This document shows positions 38,478 through 52,434 of a stretch of DNA of 64,000 nucleotides, one piece after another. The notes below the pieces were generated by a model. The model saw only the letters and a list, made by a program, of their open reading frames with translations, was not told the origin of the DNA and did no database searches. The position numbers and the translations under genes were made by a program. The stretch's first letter is position 1; every line of letters begins with the position of its first letter. This DNA is from Cetorhinus maximus (lineage: Eukaryota): NCBI RefSeq assembly GCF_964194155.1, contig NC_135888.1, positions 122,450,001-122,514,000 of the forward strand, read 5' to 3'.

Positions 38478-39499
38478 TCCCTAATGAGTTTTGATGATGA
38501 AACTCGTTACAACGAAAGGCTAATCCTTATTAGCGTGCTAGCAATCCAGTAGTAGCACTCATTTCTGGTGGGGGAGGGGGGCATTCCCCAAAGTCAACAA
38601 AATGAGGTGGGTTCAGCAAAAGCGACAACCTGCAAAAACACTTAAAACATCTCTAGCTGTTATTTCTTCCCCCAGCGGACCGTCATAGGCACAATACTAT
38701 AGGTTACAAGTGTAAGCAGAAATGAATGACACAAGACATGAGTGAGGCTTAACGTTATCAGGGTCAGAGTATTATTGCTGCAGAATAATCAATGCAGCGA
38801 AACGCTCATTTCAGTGACTGAGATACATTCTAACTATAATTCTTGAGACTTCAAAATGTCCCGGGCTACATAATGAACAGAATCAACATTTAATATGTCA
38901 AAAAGTAAATTTAAACCCGGCTGTGGAGGAAAATGAAGCAGACAAAACTGCAAATGTTAAGACTTTAAAATTAACAGGATTATGCCAACAGCCCTGAAAA
39001 ATTGATCAGTTTGAGCTAATTTCATTGCTCACTTGAGCTCAAGAGAACGTCTCTCAATTACTGAGATACCCAATTACAGCATTTAAGCTGATTTCACATC
39101 GTTAAAAAATACTTTAGATAAATCTAAAGTTGGCATTCCATTTCATTTCTTTAGAGCTAATCACTATTCAGTAATCTCAGCTAGATGTACACGTGTGATT
39201 AATGGCTATGACAAGATTAGGCTCAGCTGTGATGTCTACTTCTTTTCAATGATAATAAACAATCATACTGCTGGTGGAATTGCAGGCCAAATGTGCACCA
39301 TAAATGTTAGCATGCATCTGCAAGCAGGGAGTGAAACATGATTCCCCCTTTGACTTGTTAAAAAAAAAGCAAAGATTATGTCCACAATTTCAGTATTAAA
39401 ATGAAAGTACACTTTTTTACCAGCTCTCTCTCTTATTCCATACCCATGTACCCAGTATAGCAAGATATAGCACATGTAACATACAAACGTATATACGAA

Positions 39500-40350
39500 C
39501 ATAAGAAATAGGAGTAGGCCATTCAGCCCCACGAACCTGTTCTGCTATTCAATAAGATCATAGCTGATCTGTTTATTCAGAATTCCACATTCCCATCAAC
39601 CCCCAATAACCTTTGATTCCCTTGCCTAACAAGAATCTATCTAACTCCGCCTTAAAAATATTCAATGACCCCACCTCCATTGCCTTCTGAGGCAGAGAGT
39701 TCCAAAGTCATTTTGGAACCCTCAGAAAAAAAAAAAATTCCTCATCTCTGTCCTAAAAGGGCGACCCTTGATTTCAAAACAGTGCCCCCTAGTTCTGGAC
39801 TCACCCACAAGAGGAAACATCCTTTCTACATCAACCTTGTCAATACCGTTCAGGATTTTTTATACTTCAATCAAGTCAACCCTCACTCTTCTGAACTCCA
39901 GTGGAAACAGGCCCATTTGGTCTAACCTTTCCTCATCAGACAAGTCCGCTCATTCCAGGTATCAATCTAGCAAACCTCCTCTGAACTGTCTCCAACGCAC
40001 TTACAACCTTCCTTAAATAAGGAGGCCAAAACTGTACACAATATTCGAGATGTGGTCTCGCCAACCCCCTGTATGACTGAAGCATAACATCCTTACTTTT
40101 ATATTCAATTCCTCTTGTAATAAAGGATAGCATTCAATTAGCCTTCTTGCCTACTTGCTGTACCTGCATATCAACCTTTTGTGACTCATGCACCTGAACA
40201 CCTAGATTCCTCTGCATCTCAGTTCTGCAGCCATTCTTTGTTTAAGTGATACCCTGCTTTTTTATTCTTCCTGCCAAAGTAAACAGCTTCACATTTTCCC
40301 ACATTATACTCCATCTGCCAGATTATTGCCCACTCAACCTATCTATATCT
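39500..40350 (-). mobile_element. CR1 LINE 3' part
   Basis: [17 protein letters not shown] motif. Confidence 0.88.
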
Positions 40351-41758
40351 GTCTTGTGTCACCTTAATTGTAAAACTTCATTTTTTTGTCTTTTTACTAA
40401 TTTTCACTAATAATTTTAACCCACCCCCATTTTGTTCTTTTGCTATCTGGCAAAAGTGGAAACATAATTACAATGATGCATCCTATAGTTCGAAGGGCAC
40501 TTTATTTGTGATGAGGATTCTGATCGCCCACTACAAAGCCCCCCTCCATAGGAAGCATACGAAACGGATTAAAAAGTTTTTACACTGAAATGCAAACCAG
40601 CATTTTTTTTTTAAAAACTAATAGAAGAAACAATTCAGGACACTTGAAAGGCACAGACATCATTCTTGGCCATGGATGGAAATGGAGATCAGGGGGCAGG
40701 AAACAGATTCTCTAACTACATCCATGGCCAGGAATGATGAAAATAGGTTGCAGAATGTGTGCAAAAAGTATCAGTATTGCGCATAAAAAGTAATTTTCTA
40801 AACTGAATAATTTGGAAAACCTGAGGGGAAAAAAGTAAAACGACAAAAAAATGCAGCTTTACAATTAAGAGGTTAAGTCTCTCGGCAGATTTTCTGCAAA
40901 TTAGAAATGGAACTTAAAAACATGGCAATATTTGCACCAACCAATAGCTTTTATTTTTCTGGAGAGCATTTCCCAGTCTCAGTTTTGTCAGGGTGAGGGC
41001 GGGAAACAACATTCGCCTTAGTGCAGTTCCGAGCAGGCCGAACATGTAGTTATTCTCATCACATCCAATAATCCAGCACATACCAACTATTGGCATTGTA
41101 TATGTAGATGTGTATGAATGAAAGAAAAATGTTTTTCAATTAAATAAAGGACTTTACACGTACACTGTAACCCAAAGCTATTTCAAGATGACTCTTCACC
41201 TTGAATCTTTAATGATAGTTTTAAAAATATAAAATGCAGCAGGAAGGCCACAATTTCTGAATTACTTGCAGTAAAGTTAAATGGAAATCTCATTTCTACA
41301 GATGTCAGTAAGACAAGGCATGTAAAAGGAAAAAAGCATCTCTGGAAGAGCCCCATGTTCTTGTATTAATGAGGCTTGGCTGTACTCTCTGTGGCAGAGG
41401 AAACTGATGTAGTCAACATCTGACACTCGCCTTCCAAACAGAATACTCAGAAAGGATTTAATCATTGCAGCAGCTTCTTGGTGGCCTAAGAGTGGCCAAG
41501 TCATTGAAAAGCTCAGTCCATTTCTTTAAGACTAAAGTGCTTTTGTAAACTCAAGAACAGTCTTAAGATAAGAATACAGCCTGAATACATGCTTTCATTC
41601 CTGCTCAGTGCAGGAATCATTAACAAGTATTGTCTTTTCCTTATTCCTGTTGTCAAGGTTTTATAATTTTGGTACTTGACTGCATTCTCACTGAAGAACA
41701 GTATTATCAGTTGGATCACCATGAATGGTTTCAACATAGCACCTCAGCGCTCTGACTC

Positions 41759-41919
41759 TTAATCTTTGTTTCCACAGTCAGTAAGGTCAGATGGTAGATT
41801 TTTAGTTTCAGCAATGAGGCGTTTCACTCCGACCATCCACTGTCCAACTTCATTCACATGGTCAACCATCAAAGATCTGTGGATTTCATCAGCAGAATCC
41901 CAATTGCAGTGCTCCATTT
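41759..41919 (-). CDS. SRA1: SRA1 exon 5 ([53 protein letters not shown])
   Basis: Acceptor ttgacag|AA, TAA at 41759-41761. [23 protein letters not shown] is diagnostic of SRAP. Confidence 0.95.
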
Positions 41920-41959
41920 CTGTCAACAGACAAACATATACAACATATTCTTAGGAATA

Positions 41960-42117
41960 GTCGTTTGGTAGTACAGAATTTGAGTATTGCTGAAAAAAGA
42001 GACCTGTCTAAACTTTCTGTCTTGCACTCACCAGGATATGCCCCCTTATATTGGTATTCTTGCAAGTGTCCTGATGAGTGCAAGACGAAAAGTTTAGACG
42101 TGTCTTTTTTCAGCAAT
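41960..42117. mobile_element. Inverted pair of Penelope pseudo-LTR fragments with hammerhead motifs
   Basis: 41986-42036 is the reverse complement of 42069-42117. Both match 34900-34986. TTCTTAG flanks both sides. Confidence 0.8.
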
Positions 42118-42729
42118 TTTCTTAGAACTTAAAATATATCATTAACCAAACACTACTTACAATACACAGATATCCTAGTAAAAGGCAGGGAAAGGGAGAT
42201 GGGAGGTAAAAGGAGAAAACAGTGTGCTCTGAGGAAAGAATTCTGAATTAGATCCCATACATTAGGAGTACCCAAGCTTTTTGTCTTTGTAATGCATGCA
42301 AAAGAGCCTCACAGGCCAGATATGAATGCTCCCATTAATTTGCATTTCACTATCTATTGGTGCTAACAGATCTTGGTATTCTGATTTGGGGCTTGGCCAT
42401 CAATTAGATAACAGCATTAAGAACAAGTCTTTTCAAACAGAACAAGCCAGCAATAAAAAAAGACGGTACATAAAATAGACACTGTGCTGCTTGCATTCCA
42501 TGGCCCAAACTGCACAGGTTCAAAGGCCATAAACACCCATGGGCTGTACGTTAGACACTCCTGTATTACATTACAGAGCACTTAATCAATATGAAAAGAT
42601 GACCAAAAGAAACATTTTTATCATTACAGAGTTTCATAAACAGTTCTCATTTTACAATGGTTTTGCTTGATAAATAGATTCCTAGGTTTGAATAAATAAA
42701 TCATTTTCCAGCCTCCCTCATTTGACCTA

Positions 42730-44990
42730 AAAACATAGGAAATAGCAGAAGGCCATTCTGCCCCTCAAGGCTGCTCTGCCATTCAACTAGACATTGGTTG
42801 ATCTTCTACCAAAACGCCATTTTCCCACATTATCTCCCCTAATATCATTAATATCTAGAAATCTATAGATCTATCTTGAACATTTGTAGATTCCAAAGAT
42901 TCATCACCCTCTGAGTGAAATTCCTCATCTGTCCTAAATTACTTCTTATTCTGAGACTATGTACTATGTTCTAGGTTGCCTCCACAGCCAGGGGGAACAT
43001 CCTCCCTGCATCTATCCTGTCAAGCCCTATAAGAACTTTGTTTGCTTCAATGAGACCACCTCTCATTCTTCAAAACTCTGGAGAATACAGGCCCAGTCTC
43101 CTCAATCTCTCCTCATTGGACAATCCTGCCATCTCAAGGATCGGTCTGGTGAACCTCCATTGCACCCCTTCTATGGAAAGTACATCCTTCCTTAGGTAAG
43201 GAAACCAAAACTGTACATAATACTCCAGATGCAGTATCACCAAGGCTCTGCACAACTGCAGCAAGACTTCTTTTCTCCTGTGCTCAAATCATCTTGCAAT
43301 AAAGGCCAACTAACCATTTGCCTTCCTAATTGCTTGCTGCACCTGCATGCTAACTTTCAGTAACCTCTGAACAAGGACATCCAGGCCCTTTGAACATAAA
43401 CACTTCCCAACGTCTCACCATTTATGAAATGCTCTGCATTTCTGTTTTTTCTTACCAAAGTGGATAACTTCACCTTTTTCCACATTATATTCCACCTGCC
43501 ATGTTCTTGCCCACTCACTTAGCCTTGCAGTCTCTTTGCAGACCTCCTCAAACTCTCATTCTCTAGTTTTGTGTCATCATCAAACTTGGAACATTACATT
43601 TGGTCCCCACAACCAAATTATTGATATAGATTGTGAATAGCTGGGTCCCAAGCACTCTTCCTTGCGATACGCCACTAGTCACAGCCTACCAACCCGAGAA
43701 TGACCTGTTTATTCCTATTCTCAATCCTTGTTAGTATATTACCCATAATCCCATGTGTTCTAACTTTCCTTACTAACCTGTGGGGGCCTTATCGAAAGTT
43801 TTCTGAAAATCCAAATACACCACATTCACTGGTTCCTCCTCATCAATTCTGCTGGTCATATCCTCAAAAAACTCTGACAGGTTTGTCAAACATAAATGCC
43901 CTTTCATAAATCCATGCCCAATCCTACCATTATTTTCCAAGTACCCAGATATCACAGCTTTTATAATAGGTTTTCCCTACTACTGATGTCAGACTAGCAG
44001 GTCTGTTTTCTCTCTCCTTCCTTTCTTAAGTGGGGTTACATTTGTTACATTCCAATCTGCAGGAACTATTCCAGAATCTATATAATTTTGGAAGATGACC
44101 AGCAATACATCCAGTTTCTCTACTGCCACCTATTTCAACGCTCTGGGATGTAGATCATCAGGTCCAGGGGATTTATCAACTTCCAGTCCCATTAATTTCC
44201 CCAGTATTACTTTTTCACTAATACTAATTTCTTTCAATTCCTCATTCTTGCTAGTCCCTTGGCTCTCTATTATTCTTTGGAGGTTTTCTGCATCTTCCTT
44301 CGTGAAGACAGACAGAAAATATTTGTTTAGTTTCGCTGCCATTTCGTTATTCCCCATTATATATTCTCCTGTCTCTGCTTATAGCCGGCCCACATTTGTC
44401 TTTGCTAATCTTTTCCTCTTTACACACCTATGAGAAGCTTTTAGTCTGTTTTTATACTTCTCACTAGTTTATTTTGGTATTCTACATTTTCTTTCTTTCA
44501 GTTTCTTGGTCCTCCTTTGCCAAATTCTAAAATGCTCCCAATTTTCAGGCTTACTACTTTTTTTGGCAACTTTATAAGCCTCTTCCTTTGCTCAAATACA
44601 ATCTTTAACTTCTCGTTAGCCATGGTCGGATCACATTTCCTACTGGGTTTTTTGTGCTTAAAAGGAATGCAAATTTGTTGTAAACCATATATTAATTCTT
44701 TAAATGCTAGCCATTGTCTGTCTACTGTTATATCTTTTAATGTAGTTGCCCAATCTACCACAGCCAATTTGCCCCTCATACCTTCATAATTTCCTTTGTT
44801 TTGATTTAAGCCCCTAGTTTCGGATTGAATCACATCACTTTCAAACTTAATATAAAATTCTATCATATTATGGTCACTCTTCCCTAGAGGCTCCTTGAGA
44901 ATGAAATTATTAATTAGCCCTTTCTCATTGTACAATACCAGATCTAAAATAGCCCATTCTCTAGTTGGTTCCTCAACATAACGTTCTAGG
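42730..44990 (-). mobile_element. CR1 LINE ORF2 (end of APE to 3' end)
   Basis: EPLGKSDHNMIEF, DKSPGPDDLHPR, VYLDFQKTFDK, HLEYYVQFW motifs. Confidence 0.92.
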
Positions 44991-45021
44991 AAACAAACCT
45001 TTTATATTTCTAACCCTTTCC

Positions 45022-45119
45022 AGTTCTGAAGAAAGGTCATTGACCTGAAATATTAACTTGCTTCTCTCTCCATAAATGCTGCCTTATCTTCTGAGTATTT
45101 CCAGTATTTTGTTTTCATT
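45022..45119 (+). mobile_element. Short Penelope-derived element with a minimal hammerhead motif
   Basis: AGTT-CTGAAGA-A-AGGTC ATT GACCT-GAAA-TATT-AACT. Related copies at about 52105, 53310, 55317, 55830, 58140 and 63398. Confidence 0.7.
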
Positions 45120-45349
45120 GGGGTTTTAAAAAACATTCAAATTAGCATGAATCATGTCCTACTTAATACGTCTCAAAGAGTAAAGCACAATTCCACCTTT
45201 CTTAATTCTGTTTCCCATTTTAAAAATTATTTTTCTCTCCACTTTTCAGCTTTCCGAAATACATAACTATCTGGAATGGAAATAAGACACAGGCCATGCT
45301 CTCTTTCAATGGCACTATAGCCAGTTGCTCAGAGATGCATGGAACACTC

Positions 45350-46275
45350 CTTTTATTCATTCATGGGATGTGGGTGACGCTGGCTAGGCCAGCATTTATT
45401 TCCCATCTCTATAAGGTGGTGGTGAGCTGCCTTCTTGAACCACTGCAGTCCATGTGGTGTAGGTACACCCATAGTGTTGTTAGGGAGGGAGTTCCAGGAT
45501 TTTGACCCAGTGACAGTGAAGGAACGGCGAGATAGTTCTAGATCAGGATGGTGGGTGGCTTGGAGGGGAACTTCTAGGTGGTTTTCCGATGCATCTGCTG
45601 CCTTTGTCCTTCTAGATGGTAGCAGTTGTGGGTTTGGAAGACGCTGCCTAAGGAGCCTTGGTGAGTTCCTGCAGTGCACCTTGTAGGTGGTCCACACTGC
45701 TGCCACTGTGCATCGGTGGTGGGAGTAGATGGGGTGCCAATCAAACAGGCTTTGTCCTGAATAGCATCAAGCTTCTTGAGTGTTGTTGGGGCTGCACTCA
45801 TCTGAGCAAGAGTATTCCATCACACTACTGACTTGTGTTTTGTCAGGAGGTGAGCTACTCGAATAGGATTCCTAGCCTCTGACCTGCTCTTGTAGCCACA
45901 GTATTTATATGGCTAGTCCAGTTCAGTTTCTGGTCAATGGCAACCCCAAGGATGTTGATGGCAGGGGGTTCAGTGATGCTAATGCCATTAAATATCAAGG
46001 GGTGATGGTTAGATTCTCTCTTGTTGGAGATGGTCATTGCCTGGCATGATTGTTACTTGTCAGCTCAAGTCTGTCCAGGTCTTGCTGCATTTGGACATGG
46101 ACTGCATCAGTACCTGAGGCGTCGCAAATAGTGAACATTGTGCAATCATCAGCGAACATCCCCACTTCTGACCATATGATGGAAGGAAGGTCATTGATGA
46201 AGCAACTGAAGATGGTTGGGCCTAGGACACTACCCTGAGGAACTCCTGCAGTGATGTCCTAGAACTGAGGTGAAC
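45350..46275 (-). mobile_element. tRNA-headed LINE family, 3' part (RT GSVLGP/FADD region to tail)
   Basis: Minus strand encodes VPQGSVLGP...MFADDC and ILGVAIDQKLNW. Shared tail. Confidence 0.88.
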
Positions 46276-46374
46276 TAGCACTGAATGAATTACTTTCTGA
46301 TTTTACCCTCTTGCAGCAAGGGATAAAGTATCTGTTCTCCAATCTGTGCCTTTTGCAATAGATAATTTAGGTTT

Positions 46375-46630
46375 GAGTTGAGGAGAAATTTCTTCACTCA
46401 AAGGGTTGTGAATCTTTGGAATTCTCTACCCCACAGGGTTGTGGAAGCTCCATCATTGAATCTATTTAAGGCTGAGATAGACAGATTTTTTGGTCCCTCA
46501 GGGAATCAAAGGATATGGGAAGCACGTAGTCAAGCGGAGTTGAAGCTAAAGATCAGCCACGGTTGTACTGAATGGGGCAGCAGGTTTGACAGGCCATATG
46601 GTCTACTCCTGCTCCAATTTCATATGTTCT
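46375..46630 (+). mobile_element. CR1 3' end
   Basis: RRNFFTQRVVNLWNSLP motif. Confidence 0.85.
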
Positions 46631-46846
46631 TATTCAGAATTTTATAAGTATGCCCTGCTAACTAGAGCCTTTGCAGAAAAATATACAACTCTGTTCACTC
46701 ATATTTTTGCACTTGAGTGTTACATATCTTTTGCACTTATGGAAACACAACTTGCATTTATATAGCATTTTATCACATCTCTCAGCACATCCCAAAGTGC
46801 CTCATATACAAGAACCTGGACAAGATACAAGACACGAGTTGATTAC

Positions 46847-46955
46847 CTAGTGTGAGCAGTTGCATCCTTTTTCGCACTGGTACAGATAGCTTTCCCGATT
46901 GCCACATATCCTGGAGTATTATTAGCCTTCTACCAATATCATCACAAACTTGTTT
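46847..46955 (-). CDS. SRA1: SRA1 exon 4 ([36 protein letters not shown])
   Basis: Acceptor gtctag|AAA, donor G|gtaatc, 109 bp. Matches the recalled human KQVCDDISRRL...GKLSIPVKKRM. Confidence 0.94.
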
Positions 46956-47544
46956 CTAGACAGGAAGTTTGAAAACAAAATTTTCAATTATTAGCTGTTA
47001 CAAAAGTTTTAATGTTAAGTGGCTGTAAGTATTCAGAATAATACTTCTTGACACTTAACAGCTGCCATTAAAATATCACTATTTAAAATGAAATCTTAAA
47101 GTGTTATCAGACTATTGTTTGCACTGTTATATCAATTTATTTAAGATCCATCTGCAACACCCTTTAATTCCTACACATAAGCAGTCAAACTATTGACAGC
47201 ATCTTTTGCTATGGAACAAATTCACACTTTGACGATATGAAGATACTTTGAAGATATCATTGACTCAGTCATATAATTTTCTCTTTCTGGGGAAATGCTT
47301 GGATTTCACTCTGTGTCTCCTCCTCAATTTATAGCCTGAAATTGGGAAATGTGAAAATGGGCAATTGTGGCTGTGATCCAATTTCCCAATATTCTATAAT
47401 ACATCATATTGGTATAATCAGCTTTTTACCAAATTGTTTCACCTATACCAAATATCAATGCATAGCTGTCATTTACTTTCACTTTCAAAGGAAGAATAGA
47501 GCTACTACCTGAAAGATAAGCGTATATTGCTGCTTTCCTGCATG

Positions 47545-47860
47545 TCAGTTTTACTGTTATCTTTGAGTCAGAAAGTTGTAGATTCAAGCTTCAGACCAGG
47601 ACTTGAACCCACAATCAAGGCTGATATTTCAGTGCAATACTGAGGATATGCTTTATTTCTGGTGTTAAACGAATGCCCCACTTTCCTGTTCCAATGGTTC
47701 AATTGAATTAGAGACTCTACATTGTTACTCAGTGGGCAGCTGGTTCTCCTGAGGTTTTGGTCAATATTCTTCCGTCAGCCAATATGACAAAAAAAAGGAA
47801 CTTGTCATTCATCTCACTGCTGTTTGCAAGGCCTTGCTGTGCATATAAGGGTTGCCACGT
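47545..47860 (+). mobile_element. DeuSINE-like SINE interrupted by the CR1 at 47860; its tail resumes at about 48845-48920
   Basis: Similarity to 23776-24190. TATAAAAATGCAAGCTTTCT follows the CR1. Confidence 0.55.
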
Positions 47861-47861
47861 T

Positions 47862-48840
47862 TGCAACTTTTCACTTTATACGTTAATGATCTAGATGAAG
47901 GAACTGAGGGCATTCTGGCTAAGTTTGCAGATGATACAAAGATAGGTGGAGGGACAGGTAGTATTGAGGAAGCGGGGAGGCTGCAGAAGGATTTGGACAG
48001 GTTAGGAGAATGGGCAAAGAAGTGGCAGATGGAATACAACATGGGGAAGTGTGAGGTCATGCACTTTGGTAGGAAGAATAGAGGCATAGGCTATTTTCTA
48101 AATGGGGAGAGAATTCAGAAATCTGGAGTGCAAAGGGACTTGGGAGTCCTAGTCCAGGATTCTCTTAAGGTTAACTTGCAGGTTGAGTTGGTAGTTAGGA
48201 AGGCAAATGCAATGTTGGCATTTATTTCGAGAGGACTAGAATATAAAAGCAGGGATGTGCTGCTGAGGCTTTATAAGGCTCTGGTCAGACTACATTTAGA
48301 ATATTGTGAGCAATTTTGGGCCCCGTATCTCAAGAAGGATGTTCTGGCTCTGGAGAGCGTCCAGAGGAGGTTCACAAGAATGATCCCAGGAATGAAAGGC
48401 TTAACATATGAGGAACGTTTGAGGACTCTGGGTCTATACTCGATGGAGTTTAGAAGGATATGGGGGGATCTGATTGAAACTTACTGAATACTGAAAGGCC
48501 TGGATAGAGTGGACGTGGGGAAGATGTTTCCATTAGTAGGAGAGACTAGGACCTGAGGGCACAGCCTCAGAGTAAAGGGAAGACCTTTTAGAACAGAGAT
48601 GAGGAGAAACTTCTTTAGCCAGAGAGTGGTTGGAGTTCATTGCCACAGAGGGCTGTGGAGGCCAGGTCATTGAGTGTATTTAAGACCGAGATAGATAGGT
48701 TCTTGATTAGTAAGGGGATCAAAGGTTATGGGGAGAAGACGGGAGAATGGTGTTGAGAAACTTATCAGCCATGATTGAATGGCGGAGCAGACTCGATGGG
48801 CCAAATGGCCTAATTTCTGCTCCTATGTCTTATGGTCTTA
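47862..48840 (+). mobile_element. Young 5'-truncated CR1 LINE (RT fragment, 211-aa ORF)
   Basis: KFADDTKIGG, KCEVMHFG, RDLGV, HLEYCEQFWAPY motifs. Intact 3' end with TCTTATG repeats. Confidence 0.95.
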
Positions 48841-49513
48841 AATATAGAAATGGTAGTTTTAAATAATTTGCTGTGCAGGAAGATATTTGGGCTGTTTCTA
48901 TAAAAATGCAAGCTTTCTCTACAAAAATAGAAAATTTGGGTTTATTCTGTTCCAACAGTTTATTAACTTTATTCCAATACCTCCTATGTTTTCAACATAA
49001 TTTTTCCCTTTTACAACAACATTGCTGATGTGCAAGTATCAGGCTGATTATATTTGATGGATATTTGATATTCCAAGAATATGTATGTAGCATCATTCCT
49101 TCTCTCCATTTAGCTTTCCATCATTCACCATTTCCAACCAACCAGCTACTACACATCTGCTAAACTAACTCTGCAATCTGGTGCTATGAGTGTGGGGGAA
49201 TTCTGGGTGATCTTCCCTGCCTCCCATTTTGTGCAGGAATACTTGGTTGTATTCAGCATTTCTGAGACACAAAATTCAGTGTGTAATTAATCAGATACAT
49301 GAATACACATCCTACACCTATTACAGTTGGTTAATCAAGTTAAGAGTTTAAGATGGTATGCAATGATTGATTTGAACAGAATATCAATACAGTCTACTGT
49401 TGGTCAATTCCTTGTCAGCTAATATTATATCTGTAGGATTACCATTGTTTTTAGAACCTAGTGGGATGACATTTCATAAGCCTTGCTGTAGGAACGTTAT
49501 TCACTCTGCTTAC

Positions 49514-49731
49514 CTTAACAGTTTTCCTACAAGCCTCCAGTGCTTTATTCAATGGAACTAAAACATCTTCCACATTTACTTCACAATCGGACATAACTGT
49601 AGCACTCTGCACTGGTTTACAACTGTTGGACTGACTAGATTGCTTTGGAGGTGGTGGCGGTGGCATCTTCTCATGGGCTACGGGAGGGCCCGATGGTATA
49701 ATTGCAGGAGGAATTTCAGCTGGTCCACAAA
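49514..49731 (-). CDS. SRA1: SRA1 exon 3, proline-rich linker ending EDVLVPLNKALEACRKTVK
   Basis: Acceptor ttcccatag|TT, donor AAG|gtaagc, 218 bp. Phases fit. Confidence 0.9.
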
Positions 49732-50473
49732 CTATGGGAAAAATACACAATATATAAATAGAATCTTGCCACTGGCGGAAAAATCTTTCTATCTCCAAGC
49801 CACTGGGAGTAAATGCAATTCAAGGTGTTTCATAAAAAATGAAAGTATTTTGTACTAGAATTCATGGAGGGAATGGAATAATCTCTGAATTAAGCAATAC
49901 TGCTAAATTAATGTGTTGCCAGTGAGCTGCATCATGCGCAGAGTGGTAGGAGGTAGCTTCCCAGGCTCATTTTCCCATGTGGTGAATTCTCAACTGGGGT
50001 TAGGAGGAAGTGCAATGCAGAAAACAGATGACAGTTCTCAGGGGAGGGAGAAAAGGAAGTCAAGGAAGTGATCCAGCTTATGTCTGTGCACCTCCTAATG
50101 ATAGGCTAGAGGTCAGCATTTGTAGAGGTTCCTTGCCCAGCCCCTTAGAAAGAATAGGACACTTCAGGAAACTGCACATAGGAAGAGGAGATTTAAAAAC
50201 ACACACAAACTGGTAAAAATTAAAACTACTTTTATACCGAGGCTGCCCAGTAATACAACAAAGGCAGAGAAAGTGCTGATTTGAGTAAACACTAATCCAT
50301 ACTTGCTCCTCATATTTTGTCGACAGCTGGTGGAGATACCAGCTCAAAAGGGGAAGTTCAATTACATGAGAAAAAAGTGATTACCACAATTTTGATATAC
50401 CTAATTTGAATTTTCATTTCCAAGCAGATATTCTGCCTTAGATTGCACATGTAATATAGTAACTGATGCTCAC

Positions 50474-50602
50474 CTTTTGGTTTATCCAGCTGAGGTGCTG
50501 GTACCCTCTTAGTGAGAACATTTTTCCTGAGACCGATCTGTGCTTGTGTCTGCAACCCATACGAAAACTGAGGAGGATCATTCCAGCCTCGCTCCTGGTT
50601 TC
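50474..50602 (-). CDS. SRA1: SRA1 exon 2 ([43 protein letters not shown])
   Basis: Conserved [18 protein letters not shown]. Acceptor tcag|GA, donor G|gtgagc, 129 bp. Confidence 0.94.
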
Positions 50603-52434
50603 CTGATTTTTTTTTTTAAAAAAGGGTTTATAATTAAGCAAAACAGTACAAGTGACGATATAAAAAATACATTACAGTAAACCATTCAAAACAACTGCAA
50701 CTTGTATTTATATAGCACCTTTGACAAACAAAACATCTCAAGGCACTTAATATTCTGTACATTTCAGTTTTTAAGAATGTTTTCAATATTTTCCAAAATG
50801 AACAAAATGTTCTGTGTGGGGACATCAAATCTTTCCTATTCTCTCCAATTTCTTTAAAACATGAAATTATTTTTCGCAACAACCCATTTTCCTCATAAGT
50901 AATGATTAATGAAAATCATTCTCAAAAAGCCACATTTTTCAAAGCTAACCTGATTTTCTTAGCGGTTCATTAACTACAGAGGAAAACAAGCATTTTCCTG
51001 TTAAACCAAAAATGTGCATCTCCCTAAGCAAATAATTAACTGTGGATGAGAGAACACACACAGGCAGATATCGAGAGCTCTCACTAATGAGGGAACAGAA
51101 GACCTGGACAACTTGCATTTACTCTACTATTTCTAAGATAAGGAACTCCATTATCATTGCAGCACTCAAGTTCTCTGGTGGCCATTCATAACTCAGTCAC
51201 AAGATGTGAAATTAGTCCAGTGAAAACACAATTTTCATCTTGTTGCAAAGGTCTTGAAGTCAGGTCCTCAAATAAGAAAGACTCACCTTATAGCGTGACT
51301 CTGGCCTGAAGGAACACACAACCTCTGATATGTGGTGGTATATTTCTTTTAAAAGCAGCAAAAGGCGATAAGTGGGATCAATTAAATTCTGCTGCAAGTA
51401 GCATGGATGCATCAAGGTAAGGATATCAGTGATGGGCAGTGAAATATATTTTTTCATTAGTCATCATGTAAGTATCAAGTAAAGTTCACCTTATTCTAAC
51501 CAAAAGTCACAAGAACACTCACTCATCACTGTAAATCTTTCCGTTCTAAACTTTGAGTCAGAGAACTTCAGCACAGAAACAGGCCATTCAGCCCAACTGG
51601 TCTATGTCAGCATTAATGCTCCACACCAGCCTCCTCTCACCCCTCCTCATCTAACCCTATCAGCACTCTTTCATGTGCTTATCTAGCTTTTCCTTAAATG
51701 TATCTTTTTGAGAGAGCTTTCCAACTGCTGTGTAAACATGTACCAGGCAAGTGGCAATTCTGTGCTGAGAATAAATATTGATCTTATCCAACAGTGACTG
51801 AACCAGGTGAATCAGCAAAACTTTTCCTGGCCAGGACATGTATCGTCGCAAGCTTTCTCACAGAAAACCAAGACTACTTCCTCTCCAGGGTTCAACGTTA
51901 TAAACATTGTTTCTGGGGTGGAGGTAAATTTGAGTGAATGTACTTGTCACTCCATTAAATTTATTATTCTCCATTAAAGTGCTTTCAAGCTGTGAAAAGG
52001 GATAAATACAAATTTTAGGAATTCAAAATTTTGTTGAAATATAAACTGCTCATAAATGTATTGCTGGTGTCAATTACATTATTTAGTGGACAGTAATCTT
52101 GGTTCAGAAACAGAAAACGCTGGAAAAACTAGGCAGGTCTAACAGCACCTGTGGAAAGAAAAACAGTTAACGGTTCAAGTCCGTATGACTTCTTCAAAGC
52201 AGTATTTTGCTTTTATCTTCGTAATCATGGTTCTCTCAGCTGTAATACAGTGAACTGAGTTGTGCCGTATTTCTTTAAAAAAAGCTATTAAAAAGGGTCA
52301 TTACAGTGTTACCCTGAGTTGGTTCATGGCTTTGGTGCCTTACATCCTGTCAGTTTCCTGGTCTCAATAATGAAGCACTTAAATATGATTGCACATGTTA
52401 AATATAATACTCAGACTATAGTACACCAAATAAT

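Noticed and set aside
40747-40899. Weak inverted termini TTGCAGAA...TTCTGCAA
   Set aside because: The match is too short and has no TSD, so it may be chance.
47852-48487. 211-aa ORF as a host gene
   Set aside because: It is a CR1 reverse transcriptase fragment, 5'-truncated and with a premature stop.
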